64,000 nt of DNA from Eutreptiella sp. 'Long Island Sound 2002' (Eukaryota > Protista > Euglenida), in the NCBI GenBank assembly GCA_964036045.1, contig OZ038379.1, positions 23,932,001 through 23,996,000 of the forward strand, in the 5' to 3' direction. The notes beneath the pieces were generated by a model. It did not search any database and was not told the DNA's origin. It saw only the letters and a list, made by a program, of their open reading frames with translations. Positions 10,171 through 21,589 of this stretch are shown here, one piece after another. How positions within the stretch are numbered: the stretch's first letter is position 1; every line of letters begins with the position of its first letter. A program made the translations under genes and the position numbers.

Positions 10171-10259
10171 CCGACTGTGCGGTGTTTCTTGTTCTGGAAT
10201 ATGTTAGCGGAGGAGAATTATTTCACTTCGTTCGAAATCGAGGCTACATGTCAGAACAG
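10171..10259 (+). CDS. Kinase subdomain V exon part (DCAVFLVLEYVSGGELFHFVRNRGYMSEQ)
   Basis: CAMK-type LEYVSGGELF hinge; donor CAG|GTGTTG at 10260. No acceptor at its 5' end, which joins block B in frame (ttc ctg t|cc gac). Confidence 0.92.
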
Positions 10260-10375
10260 GTGTTGGTGGTGGTGTTGATGTTGGCTTGTCGAGTCGTGTT
10301 GTGTCGTGTTGAATTAAGCGGTGTTGTGCTGTGCTGTGCTGTGCTGAGGTTGTGTTGTGATGTACTGTGCTGGGA
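10260..10375. repeat. GT-rich degenerate pentamer microsatellite (GTGTT/GTGCT)
   Basis: gtgttgtgtcgtgttg...gtgctgtgctgtgctg directly after the donor; abuts a LINE 3' end. Confidence 0.8.
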
Positions 10376-11640
10376 TGCGCCGAAGGTGCTGTTACCAGAA
10401 GGCAATGGCCGGGATGTCTACCCACAGGTACAGGTAAACGGGAGGCCTGTGTGTATAGCATGCGTGCTGTGTGCAAGTGTGTGGATATGGGCAGAAAGAG
10501 GGGAGTAGGGGAAACCTGGAGGTCACCCACCAGGCGACTGCTATCAGCCCAGAAGCTCCCACTGCACGCCCTCTCTCTCTCCGCCTACTGGTGCAAGCGC
10601 AGCTCGTGCAGCAGGCACGCCATCATGCTGTTCGGGCCCAAGCGGGCCTTTAGCAACGTGGCACGCGCCTTGGCGTGGGCATACCAAACTCTGATGGGCT
10701 CCTCGATGACGTGGTGTATGAACTCAGTCCCCAGTGCGTGGGGCCCAGAGCACTCCATGTGGCCCCGCTACATGGAGGGGGTGCGCAACGCTGCCGCCCA
10801 CTGTTCCAGAACATCCGGCTCCAACAGCTGGTTGCGCACCGACACAGCCGGATTCCCCATTTTCTGGTCTAACCACTCCGTGAGTCGCCGGTGAGCCGGC
10901 CTCCACTTGTGCGACTGGGCCGAGCAGGCCCAGAGGTGGGGCGCCGTTTCTGGCTGTGCCCCACAGAGGAGTCAGGTGGTGTCTAGCACCATGTTACGGT
11001 GGGACGAATGGTGCGCCAGGACGGTCATCGTTGGGGTGTTGTCCATACGGTGCGCTGATATATGGCGCTGCTGGTCAGTGTCTAAGCAGTTGAGGGGGAG
11101 GCCACTCCCCGGTGCGTAGTTTGCTCCCCATCGAGCCTCATCTTCGACCCGTGCCAGAATGGAGGCTTGATCCTGTAACCAGTCGCCCAGCGCCGTGGGG
11201 GAAAGTTGGCACTGGTCCCGGTAGGTCACCGGGGGGAGAAAGGAGAAGCAGCAACAGAGGAGCCACATGAGGTCCACTTCCGTTGGCTCCTGCGTCGCCG
11301 CATCCACGCGGACGTTGCGGTCTGTGATCCAGTGCGACGGCGTGGTGACCACATTGATGGCCGAGGCTGGGGAGAGGCGGCGGCCCCCCAAGACTGTGGC
11401 ATACATGTGGGGTATGCCATCTCCACAGTGGCCCCCAATTTACTGGTTTTCAGCTTCCAGTCGAAGAACTCTGTCACATTCCCAAAGGGAATGAATTCCG
11501 AGTAATTCTGCAGCTGCGGAGTGGCCATCAGGTAACACCGACAAGAACTCTTCTGAAAGGATTTATGTGGGGAAAGCAGTTGGCCATGGCCTGGATCTTC
11601 GGGGTTTTGGGTTGAAACTCTGCATCAACATCCAGGTATC
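10376..11640 (-). mobile_element. 3' end of a degenerate non-LTR retrotransposon (family A)
   Basis: Homologous to 25996-26530 (gccgaagg.gctgttacca...ccgggatgtctacccac) and to 62500-63100. Decayed C-terminal ORF (IRVWYAHAKARATLLKARLG). Confidence 0.7.
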
Positions 11641-11879
11641 ACTGAACAGCAACCCTTCCGCCCCCCCCCCCCAAACCCTCACATAAATGTTGCACAACAT
11701 TCGCACGACAGTCACACAACATGACATGCAACACTGTCACACCACTCACACCACACTAACACCTTACTTACAGAACACTCTAAGCACTCACAGCACTCAC
11801 ACGATGCTTGCACAACACTCTAACGATGCTCACACAACATGAATAATTGGCTCCCCAAATGTGGTAGCTCCACCTGGGG

Positions 11880-12420
11880 CGCCTGTGTGTGTGTGTCCCA
11901 CGGCTGGGTCATCCTGAGGTATTGCACTCGGTGCGTCATGATTCATGCACAGCCATCTGCAGCCCTCGACCAACAGAAGCGCAGACCTATTTTGCAACTG
12001 CCTTCTTGGGCAAAAGGCAGGTGGTTAGCTTGAGTGGATCTGCTGATGTGCCAGTCCATACATGCCAATGATCTGCACCAATGTTCAGGTTGTCCTCCTC
12101 GGGGAAAACAAATAAACTTGCAGTCATGCAGACACAGTCATGCAACACAGACAGGGAAATCCCGTTACCCCCCAATGCCTGCACAAGCCTTTATCTAGTT
12201 CAACAAAATCCAGGCTGCGGACTTCAATTGCAACTCATCATTGCAATAGTGGGTCGCAATGCTGTGACCATCCACCGGACGCCGCACGCGCCATCTCCCC
12301 TCGGGTCCATTGTCCCACCCCCACTCGTGGAAGATGGACCACCTCCCGCCCACACTGAAGGAGGTCTCCCAGGGTCTACAGTGGGACATGCTCCTGGGGC
12401 AGGGGTGACATAAGAGCGTT
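11880..12420 (-). mobile_element. Diverged family-A-like LINE C-terminal fragment next to a CA-rich tract (11690-11840)
   Basis: Minus-strand TASLFVFPEEDNLNIG peptide resembles the family-A C-terminal region; similarity judged by eye. Confidence 0.4.
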
Positions 12421-12454
12421 TGGAAGGTGTGCGTTTGGGGACTCTTCAAGGGCA

Positions 12455-13900
12455 ACCTGGTCTAAAAAGTAGCGCGCAGTGCGCGCGCACTGTAAGGGCT
12501 CCCCCGGTGGGCCATATTGCTGCCCGCACTGTTCAAGGGATAAAGGATGAATGAGCCTTAAGACAATTGTATAGCCCTAGGGGGAGCCTTAAGCGCAGTG
12601 CGCGTGCAGTGCGCGCGCACTGCAACTATTTGGGCGTCCGGCCGTACTAGAGACCCATACTTTGAGATACTAGGGGCCCCTAGGGGCATCATGGTGACCC
12701 CTAGCGCAGGTTTTGACTTCTGATTTTGTCCCCCTTTGTTTGGGTGTGCCGAAGGTGATTGAGCATATCTTGCGGTTCGGCAAGGGTAACCACTTACCAA
12801 GGGATGAGGAAAGTGTAATTATTCAGGATGGGCTTGATGGCCAACCATTCTCTGAAGGCGGCAGTGAAGCGCCAACACTGCAGCCTGCGATTGACCGTTT
12901 GCGCCATGAGAAAAGAGAGAGAGAGAGGCCAAGAAACAAGCAAAACATGCGCGGCAGGTCCTAGAAAAGCGGCAACACACACTGGATGCTTTTTGTGTTG
13001 CTGCGCCCCCTCGGGCCGATGTGGCTTCGTCCAGCTCCAATCTCCCTCAACCCTCTCAGTCCTCGCAACCCCCTGTGGCTACACAATCTCAACCCCAATC
13101 CGATTCCCAAACCGCAAGGGAATGGAGAGAGCCCCTTCCTCACAACCAAAACCACGCATGCGGCACTGGGGCATCGTAAGGAACATGTGTGTGTTATGTT
13201 AAGGGAAGGTAGTTTGCAACTTTCTTGAGCTGGGGCAGTTTGGGTCACCTAATTCTAAGGGCGTTTCCAAGGGGTGTGCTTGGGGGCTCTTCGGGGGGAA
13301 CATAGTCTAAAAGTAGCGTGCAGTGCGCGCGCAGTGCAAAGATTCCCCCCTAGAAGCACATGGAAATACCCACTTTTAAAGACACTAGTTGTGCGGTGGG
13401 TCAGCTTTGCTAGACGTACAATCCACCGCCCAGGGAAACGCACCTGAGCAGAGTATCTGCATAATGGAACTGGAACTCAGGGCACATGTGGGGGCGCACT
13501 TAGCGCAGTGCGCGCGCCGTGCAAGCGCAGTGCAACTATTTGGGCATGTGGCCGTACTAGAGACCCATACTTTGTGATTCTAGGGGGGCATCATTGTTGT
13601 TTGAGAGTAGGTTTTGATACTTCTTCCACATTGGGGATATGGCATTTTTGGATTTTCACCTACTTTCACCAATTCCCCCCCCTTTTTCACACTTTTTTGC
13701 TCATTTCCACCACATCCACCCTTTCCTAGGTTGATTTCTCCCCACCATGGGACCTCGAAAAGCAGAGGTGATGTATCCATGTTGTTTCCCCCCCATCATG
13801 GGGACCCCGAGCAGGCACGGCTGATGTCGGACCTCAGTATCATGATCAAGGCTGAGGGACAATCTAGCATTCTCTCCAACTATTGTATCATGTCCAAGTA
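12455..13900. repeat. Two nearby copies of a dispersed non-coding (MITE-like) repeat
   Basis: gcagtgcgcgc..gtgcaactatttggg..ggccgtactagagacccatacttt occurs at ~12595 and ~13505, and inverted at ~53830-54095. Confidence 0.7.
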
Positions 13901-15949
13901 CTATAATCGAAGGTGACCTCGCTTGATCAACGCCAAGGATCCTTCGTGCTAGCCAAGACGTACCATGCCATCATCCCGAGACGGTCGGCAGCGGGGCTAT
14001 GCTAGACGGCCATACCCAGCACCTCACCGCCGCTTCGGAGTCCGACACCCACTAGTACACGCCCGGCTGCTCGGCTAGCCGCCGGACGTAACACAGGAGG
14101 ACCATGGCTTCCCCTTCTTGGGAGGTGCCCACTCCGGAGGCAACGTGAGCCCGGTAGGCCCCATGCCCACTCTAGGCGACCCCTGCCATAGCCATGCCCG
14201 CCGGTGTCGTCCCAGCATCCATCGCAGCTATAGTTCTGCATAGGGTTGCTAGTTCCGGCAGGTCATGGAACCACATATTGGGTTTGGTGTTTGGGGCCAT
14301 GACCTGAGGGGGATCGGTGGCCAAGCCGTGGAGTGCCGGAAGGGCTAGGCCCCCGTGGTGCTAGCGGAGGTCGGACTTCAGGGCCGGGTGGAGCTCGGCC
14401 GGCAACATACCCAGGGTGCTTAGCGATTAGTTTAGGGGCCCTTTGTACGGGTGCCCTGGGCACCTGTGCGCCACGCACTCCGCGGGGTATTTGAACTTTC
14501 CCACCGCGGCTATAGTGATGGCAATCCACGGCCACGGCGGCACTGTGGTGGTTACTGTCAGCAGGGGGGCTGGCGACGCTTGCACCCACTGCCAATACGC
14601 CGCCGCCGGCTGCTTGGACAACCAGATGATCTCCTGTCTGCCCCTGTTTTTCTGTGATGCCAGGTTGGTGGTGCCCAACTAGGTGATTTCGATCCTGCGT
14701 TGTTGCTTGTGTGAACGTGGGCCCGTGTACCCCTGTGCCCTGGAGATGGTCTAGGAGCACATGTTGGTGGTCATTCCACAGCCGGGTGTGCAGAGGTGCA
14801 TTTACCTGCTCCTGCACGCGTACCCGGCGGCCGCAGCGCCTGAGGGCTTGCTCCGCACCGTGAATGCCTCTTCCCCTGTGGCAGAGGCGCCCGCAGTGCA
14901 CCCATGACACGGAAGTGAGGACGAGGATGTCCAAGCGGCGGACCCGGACCTGGGCCGAGAGCTTGACCCCGACGAGGACGATGAGTACCTCCTTGGCTAG
15001 TCACACACCCCCCCCCCCCCGGGCCGCCCGCCACCTCCCCCGCCAGCTGGGGGGAGGGGGGGCGCTCGCCGCCGGCGCAGCCCGTGGGCAGAAGCCCACG
15101 CCGTAGGCCGGATATCCGGCACCAGGCGCGCCCCTAGGGCAACCCCGCCGCCGCATGCACGCGGGGCAAAGCCCCGGCGGGCCATGCGTCACCCCGCCCG
15201 GGAGCCCACACGCGGCACCGCACCCCCTCCGCCCCCCCCCGGCACCTTGACCACAGCCCACGTGTGGGGCATAGGCTGACGCCACAGCCCCAGCGTGTGC
15301 TCCCACGCCCCGGGATGGGATCACTAGCGTCCCAAGCGGCCCAGGTGCGACCCCGCGGCAAGCCCTCACTGCACAGTGGCCTCGGCGGGCCATGGCCCCG
15401 CCTCCCGGGGCCCAGAGGCACGCCAACCCTAGGTGCACGCTAGAGACCCCAACATTGTTCCAGCCTAGAACGGCTAGGACGGCTAGGACGAAAGAAAGTG
15501 GGGGTTACCCCGATCCATGGGCTTAGGGGGTCATGGGTTTGAAGGGTGCAACTTGGACCCCAAGCACCGTAGGGGGTCCATATTTTGTTTTCCACAAAAA
15601 CACATTTTGACGTGAATTTCAGCAAAAAAAAAAGCCGTTCTAGCGACGTTCTTGCGCCATTCTACCCAGCTCACTACAACGGCGCTAGAAGGGCGCTAGA
15701 ACGTTTGACTAGAACATCGCTAGAACAAAAACATTCACGCATGTTTCGCATGTAAGGCACACCAAAGTTGGGTGGGGGGGGTAATGCACATACACTCATA
15801 GAAACCAACACACTTGACACATGCATAGGCTTGTGGGGTATGTGTGGTCCCACACACACACACACACAGTTTGGCATAGGCATATGCACAACACAACACA
15901 CAACATAAGATGTCAATGGTGGGGAGGGGTGGGTAAGAGGGCAAACACA

Positions 15950-17160
15950 AACACCGCACAAGCACCCCCTCAGTGTTGGGCTAACACCCCCCGCCCCCTC
16001 CAACCCTTCCATGTAGCGGTGTGAGTGCTGGGGCTCACATGCTTGTTGGGCTTAAGGTAAGGGAGGCTAGCCGGCTGTTGCGCACCAGCCACACCGGGAG
16101 CTTCTTGGCAAGGCAGAGGTGGAGGACCGCCGAAAGCAGGCGGTTGGGGGTCCCTGACGCCAGGGCCTCTAGGATGCCCACCAGGACCTGCAGGCCGAAG
16201 CCTGGCAGGGGGGACACTAGGGGCCGCGGCAGCTTGTTGAGGGATGTGGCCGGGGACCCCTTTTTGATAGCGACCTCCATTTCGTGGTAAGTAAGTCGGC
16301 GTAGCCCATGCGACCGGCAGTTCCGGCGGCCGGGGCAGCGCTGCGCGCATGCGCGAGATGAAGTCTGGGTTGTCCGGGGGGTCGCCAGGGTGCACAACGG
16401 CCTAGAGGCGCGTGAGGTCTAGGGGAAGGCCGGCGCGGCCACAGTGCAGCTCCTGCGCCTGCCGGAGGAGCTCCTCCTGGAAGGCCTCGGGTGTCTCCCG
16501 GAAGTGGAAGCCGTCGACGCTGACCTCCGTGAGGAGGCGAAACTTGGGCAGCCGGAGGCGCAACACACGTCCCCGTTGGGACGTCAGAGCCACTCCCTTC
16601 AGCTTGGCCTTCTCCACGCGCAGGAGGGCCCTGTACGCCGCGTCGTTGCGTTCCTGCCACCATGCCTGGACCGCGTCCGCCGTCGTGGATCCGACGCCCA
16701 CATCCAGCTCCCGGGCCGCTTGTTGGAAATCACGGACCGGGGGACGCCATGAGTCCTTCTAAGAGGGCACCAGGCCCTCTAGGGCGGCCCACACCGCCTG
16801 GACGGCCCCATCTGGGGTCTAGCGGGCGTGGGCCGACCGCCACGGGGCTAGCGAGGCCGCCGCTGCCGCGGGCGCCTACTGCTCCAGCCTGAGCTACGAC
16901 CAGCGCAAGCGTCGCAAGGAGGGGTCCGCCACCGCGCAGGTGCGGCCCCGGGCTGGGAGGGGGAGGGGGGGGGGGGGGCAGGTCTTACCCGCAGGGGGAG
17001 GCTGGCTCTCTGATCCTCTCTACCGTGCCTTCCAGGGGGGGCGGCATCAAGGGTGGCCCTGCCTCCTTGGGGGAGGGGGGGGGGCGGGGACTCCACGCGG
17101 ACACCCACCCGGGGCCCGCACACCTGGGTCAGGGCCTGTGAACATATATCGCACGAAGTC
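15950..17160 (-). mobile_element. Family-A LINE fragment, start of reverse transcriptase domain
   Basis: LTYHEMEVAIKKGSP...LHLCLAKKLPVWLVRNSRLASL resembles non-LTR RT domains 0-1; paralogous to 22300-23200. Confidence 0.7.
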
Positions 17161-17164
17161 GCCC

Positions 17165-18105
17165 CCCCCTACCTTGGAGGTAGGGGGGGGGTTGGGGGGG
17201 GGTAGGGGGGGGGTTGGGGGGGGAGGTAGGGGGGGTAGGGGGGGGAGGTAGGGGGGGGTAGGGGGGGGAGGTAGGGGGGGGGTCGAGAAGGTAGGGGGGG
17301 GTATGGGGGGGGAAAGCGGTGCACACACAAGGCGGAACACACAAAAGGCGGCCCGTGGCCACCGCAGGAGTCTTGTTATTTAAGGGGCCACAGGCAAGGC
17401 GGTGCACACAGAAGGCGGTGCACACACAAGGCGGAACACACAAAAGGCGGTCTGTGGCCACCGCAGGAGTCTTGTTATTTAAGGGGCCACAGGCAAGGCG
17501 GTACACACAGAAGGCGGTGCACACACAAGGCGGAACACACAAAAGGCGGAACACACAAAAGGCGGTCTGTAGCCACCGCAGGAGTCTTGTTATTTAAGGG
17601 GCCACAGGAAAGGCGGTACACACAGAAGGCGGTGCACACACAAGGCGAAACACACAAAAGGCGGTCTGTAGCCACCGCAGGAGTCTTGTTATTTAAGGGG
17701 CCGCAGGCAAGGCGGTACACACAGAAGGCGGTGCACACACAAGGCGGAACACACAAAAGGCGGACTGTGGCCACCGCAGGAGTCTTGTTATTTAAGGGGC
17801 CACAAGCAAGGCGGTACACACAAAAGGCGGTGCACACACAAGGCGGTCTGTGGCCACCGCAGGAGTCATGTTATTTAAGGGGGGTGCGGGGGCTGGCCCC
17901 CGCGTCCAGCGAAGCGAGTCGTCTGTCGAGCGAAGCGAGCCGAAGGTAGGGGGGGGAGGTAGGGGGGGGGAGGTAGGCGGGGGAGGTAGGCGGGGGAGGT
18001 AGGGGGGGGAGGTAGGGGGGGGGGTAGGGGGGGGGTTGGGGGGGGTAGGGGGGGTATTGGGGGGGTAGGGGGGGGGTAGGTAGGGGGGGGGGGTAGGGGG
18101 GGGCG
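17165..18105. repeat. ~99-bp tandem repeat (6 cores) flanked on both sides by (G)nTA G-tracts
   Basis: gccaccgcaggagtcttgttatttaagggg cores at 17358, 17457, 17572, 17671, 17770 and 17853. G-rich tracts at 17165-17315 and 17945-18105. Confidence 0.9.
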
Positions 18106-19650
18106 ACTTCGTGCATACTATCCTGTGAAAGACGACCTACATGCACCCCGCGGCGTTGCTGCCACGCCTGCACAAGCTCTCGGGGGAGCCACGTCCACAT
18201 GGCGGCGTCCGCGTCTATGCGCGGGTGCTTGTGCTGCTGGAGCAGCTGGGGATTCTCCGGGCCGGGCAGCACCACGTACCGCACTGCATAGACCCGGGGG
18301 ATTGAGGCCAGTACCGCCTGGGCGACAGGTCCAGGGGCATGGCTCCGGGCCGGTAGCCCGGGAGGAGGCAAAGGAGGGTGCTGTTGCGGGTGATGCCCAC
18401 CTAGTGGCCCCCAAACTCCTCAGCTTTGCCGTTCCACCCCTCGACCATGAGCGCCCTTTGGTTCGGCGCCTGGGCCAGGCCGGAGGAATGGGGGCGCTGC
18501 GGCGGCGAACTGGGAGAGGGCCCAGATCCCAAAGGGGCGACGGCAGCGGGGCCACTGCGTCCGGCACCACTCCCCGTCCCCAATGTAGATGGGGGACCGC
18601 CAAAGTGGGGCGCCGTCGCTGTACCGCCGGCGGTAGGCTTTGTGGAAGGTAGTCCTAGCAATGGCGAGGCCCTCGGGGACCTGTTACAGCGGCGAAAACA
18701 CCCATTGGCTGTTCGCCCCCGTGGCGGTCCAGTGGAGGAAGCTTTCCATGAGGATGTCCTCCAGCCTGAGCTGGCCTAGGAGCAACGCCCCGACAACGTG
18801 TAGCGCCCATGTGCGGGAGGCCCGCCGGCGGCGATCGGGTCACCTGGCCCAGCCAGAGGCGGAGGGCAGGCACCGGGTCTTACCGCGCCACCCAGCGGCC
18901 CGTCTGCTGCCCCCACATGTTCCATCAACCAGGGGTCACGGGCAGCACTCCGTGCCGGCCTCGTTCTAAAGGGGTCAGCATCGAGAGGGCCTAGTAGGGA
19001 GGGGGGGTACGTCACATTGCGCCTCATCATTGTGCTTATAGCTATACCTAAGATCCGGAGCGCACTGGACGGCCCCCGTACCTCCCTAGGGGGGGAGGGG
19101 AGGGGGGCGCCGTCCAGGCATGTCCGGGTCCACAGCCGTGGTCACGCCTTTTTCAAACATTCGACCAGGGTGGCTGTGCCCCTGGGCATGGTGGCTAGTT
19201 GTTGCTAGCGCAGACCCAGATGGTGTTTGCCGAAAACAAGGGGGGGGGGGTTGGTAGTAGTTAGGGCCCAAAAATCAGTGCTCCCCGCGGCTGACCCCTG
19301 TCCCCCCGCGCAACCGGCCCACCGTCGCCCACTCTCTTGTCCGGCGGTCGCTCGCCCATCTGGGCCCTCCAGGTCCGCCACGTCCCGCACCCTTGGATCT
19401 CACCCGGGGCTGCACGCTGTGCCCGCACCACAGGTTGCACACAATAGACAGTGTGGGCGTGGCGACAGGGTGTGCACGGGTAAAGTTTGTGACGATATTC
19501 TTGCTATGCTATGGGTCCACCGTCGTCAACCGGTATGTTCGCGGGTTGCCGCGGCGCAGCTGTCGGCGTGCGACACGGCCCTTGACCTCCGGGGGAACCC
19601 GCTTAGACTAGGCAGCTTTGCGCGCTGCTAAGGTAAAGGGGTCGGGGAGG
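18105..19650 (-). mobile_element. Degenerate retroelement fragment with an inverted paralog at 20270-20830
   Basis: Minus-strand LMVEGWNGKAEEFGGH...YAVRYVVLP matches plus-strand LLVEGWDEVAQESGGHW...YAVWYVVLP at 20270-20833. Confidence 0.55.
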
Positions 19651-21589
19651 GGCTTGGGTATGCTTATGGCCTAGAGTGTCCATAAGAGGGCCGCCGTACA
19701 GCCATGGATGGCACCTCCAACGATGAGACACGGTCGGTTGCAAACACCAACAAAAAAAGGAGCTACTAGACACACAAGAACACGCAGCAGTAGACTATGC
19801 AGAGAGAAAAAAACAAACAGAGACAAGGCATTAGAACCTTGCTAGAACGCCTCGCTAGAACGCCGGTAGAACGGCAAAATGAAATGTTTATAGCACCCCC
19901 AAGGACCCTTCTAGTGGCTGCAAATACATGTCCACAGTCACACACACCATGCAGCAACACCACACAGCATGCCGCATGGTGCCCAACCAACAGACAGCAT
20001 GCTACAGCACATGTGCACACACCCAACTAACGAACAAACCCAAGCCAGACACCAAGCAACCAAACAACTAGGCAGCTAGCCAAACTCGGCAGCCCTCGAA
20101 CCAACCTACCAACAACCAACCAAGCAACCCAAAGAAACCAAGAGCCAACCAACCAACAAGCCCAGTCCCAATGCACATTGGGGGGGAGATTCCATAACTT
20201 GGGGGGGGGGGGGGGGGGCAAAGCACAGCACAACCTCACACCCCACAACCCCACACAACACAACTCAAGATGGGGCTCCTCCACTCGACGGCTACAGGGG
20301 CGGCGCTGCAGCGGGTCCCCAAGGGCCTAGCAGTGTCCGGGCCCGTGCTCCACAAGGCCCTCACTTGGAGGTACGGCGGGCACGCTGCCCGATTGGGTTG
20401 CTCCTCTGCTGGTGCCCCGCGTCCCCTCCCCGCCCGCCGCGGCGGGGCCTCCACCCCGCAAACCTCGACCACCGGCCCGCAGCGCCGCGCGCTCTTGGTT
20501 GAGGGGTGGGACGAAGTGGCGCAGGAGTCCGGGGGCCATTGGGTGGGTGTCACCCACCACGGCACCATCCTGTGCCTTTTCCGGGGCAACCGGCCCCTCG
20601 CCATGCCCCTGGAGCTGTATGTGGCGGCAGGTGCGGTACTGGCCTTGATCTCCAAGGTATACGCCGTGTGGTATGTGGTGTTGCCTGCCCCGGGGGCGCC
20701 CCCGCGGCCCCTGCAACACCAGTACCCCCGCGCGGGGGAAGATGCCACCGCGCGGGCGTGGCTCGCCGCCCGCAAGCTCGTGTGGGCGTGGCCGAAGCAC
20801 CGCAAGGTGCACGCCGTCCTTCACGCGCCCTAACGCAGGTGTGCAGGCCCCAAGTGGGCATCCGCCGGCGCCTTTGTGCCCCTCCCTCGCCCGATCTCCC
20901 CCTACACCCCCCCCCCCTGCCCAGGCCCCCTCTCCAAGCCGGGTGCGCGTGCCTCCCTCCCCTCCCCACTCCTCACCCAGCTCGCGGCACGGGGACAGGC
21001 CTGCCCCCCCCTCCCCCCGGCCCGCGGACGCGGACAGGGGTTGCACTACATGCATGGCCGGCCGATACGCAGAGTCGTCGGGAGAGCCATCGAGCACCCC
21101 CCAGGCGGCCTGTGAGCCTCAAGATTGGCCCTTAAATAAAATCAAATCAAATCCCGGCCCAGGGCACCGTGGTTTGGCCTCCCCCCCCCCCCCCCCGGCC
21201 CGCGTAGGCGGACGGGGCATGGATCACAGGCATTGCTGGCCGATATGCAGAGTCGTCTAGAAAGCATCGTGCACCCCCTAGGCAGCCTGTGAGCCTCAAG
21301 GTCGGCCGTGAAATCGACTCAAATCGTCCACAACCCCACATCCACACTGCCCCTTTAGCCCGCTCTTCCATGCCCACCCTCCCTTTTTGGAAGTGCGACC
21401 ACCCCCGTACGGGGCTTGGATGGTTGCATGGGGGGAAACCAGGTTTGAGAGAGGGGGTGTATAACAAACACCACAGGCACATATAGCAGGGCGGGAGGGA
21501 AGGAGTAACACACCTACCGGTCAATGCGTGTCCACGGCACCGCCACTTTGAAAACGCATGTTGGAAAAAATGCCACACGTGCAAAAAGG

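Noticed and set aside
8590-10171. Spliceosomal trans-splicing of opposite-strand exons as the repair mechanism
   Set aside because: Two joins are mid-exon with no GT/AG, and the third splits the donor GT itself.
14400-14760. Candidate tyrosine recombinase near the invertible blocks
   Set aside because: No R-H-R-H/W-Y catalytic pattern (e.g. HSLRRGGA) found in any minus-strand frame examined.
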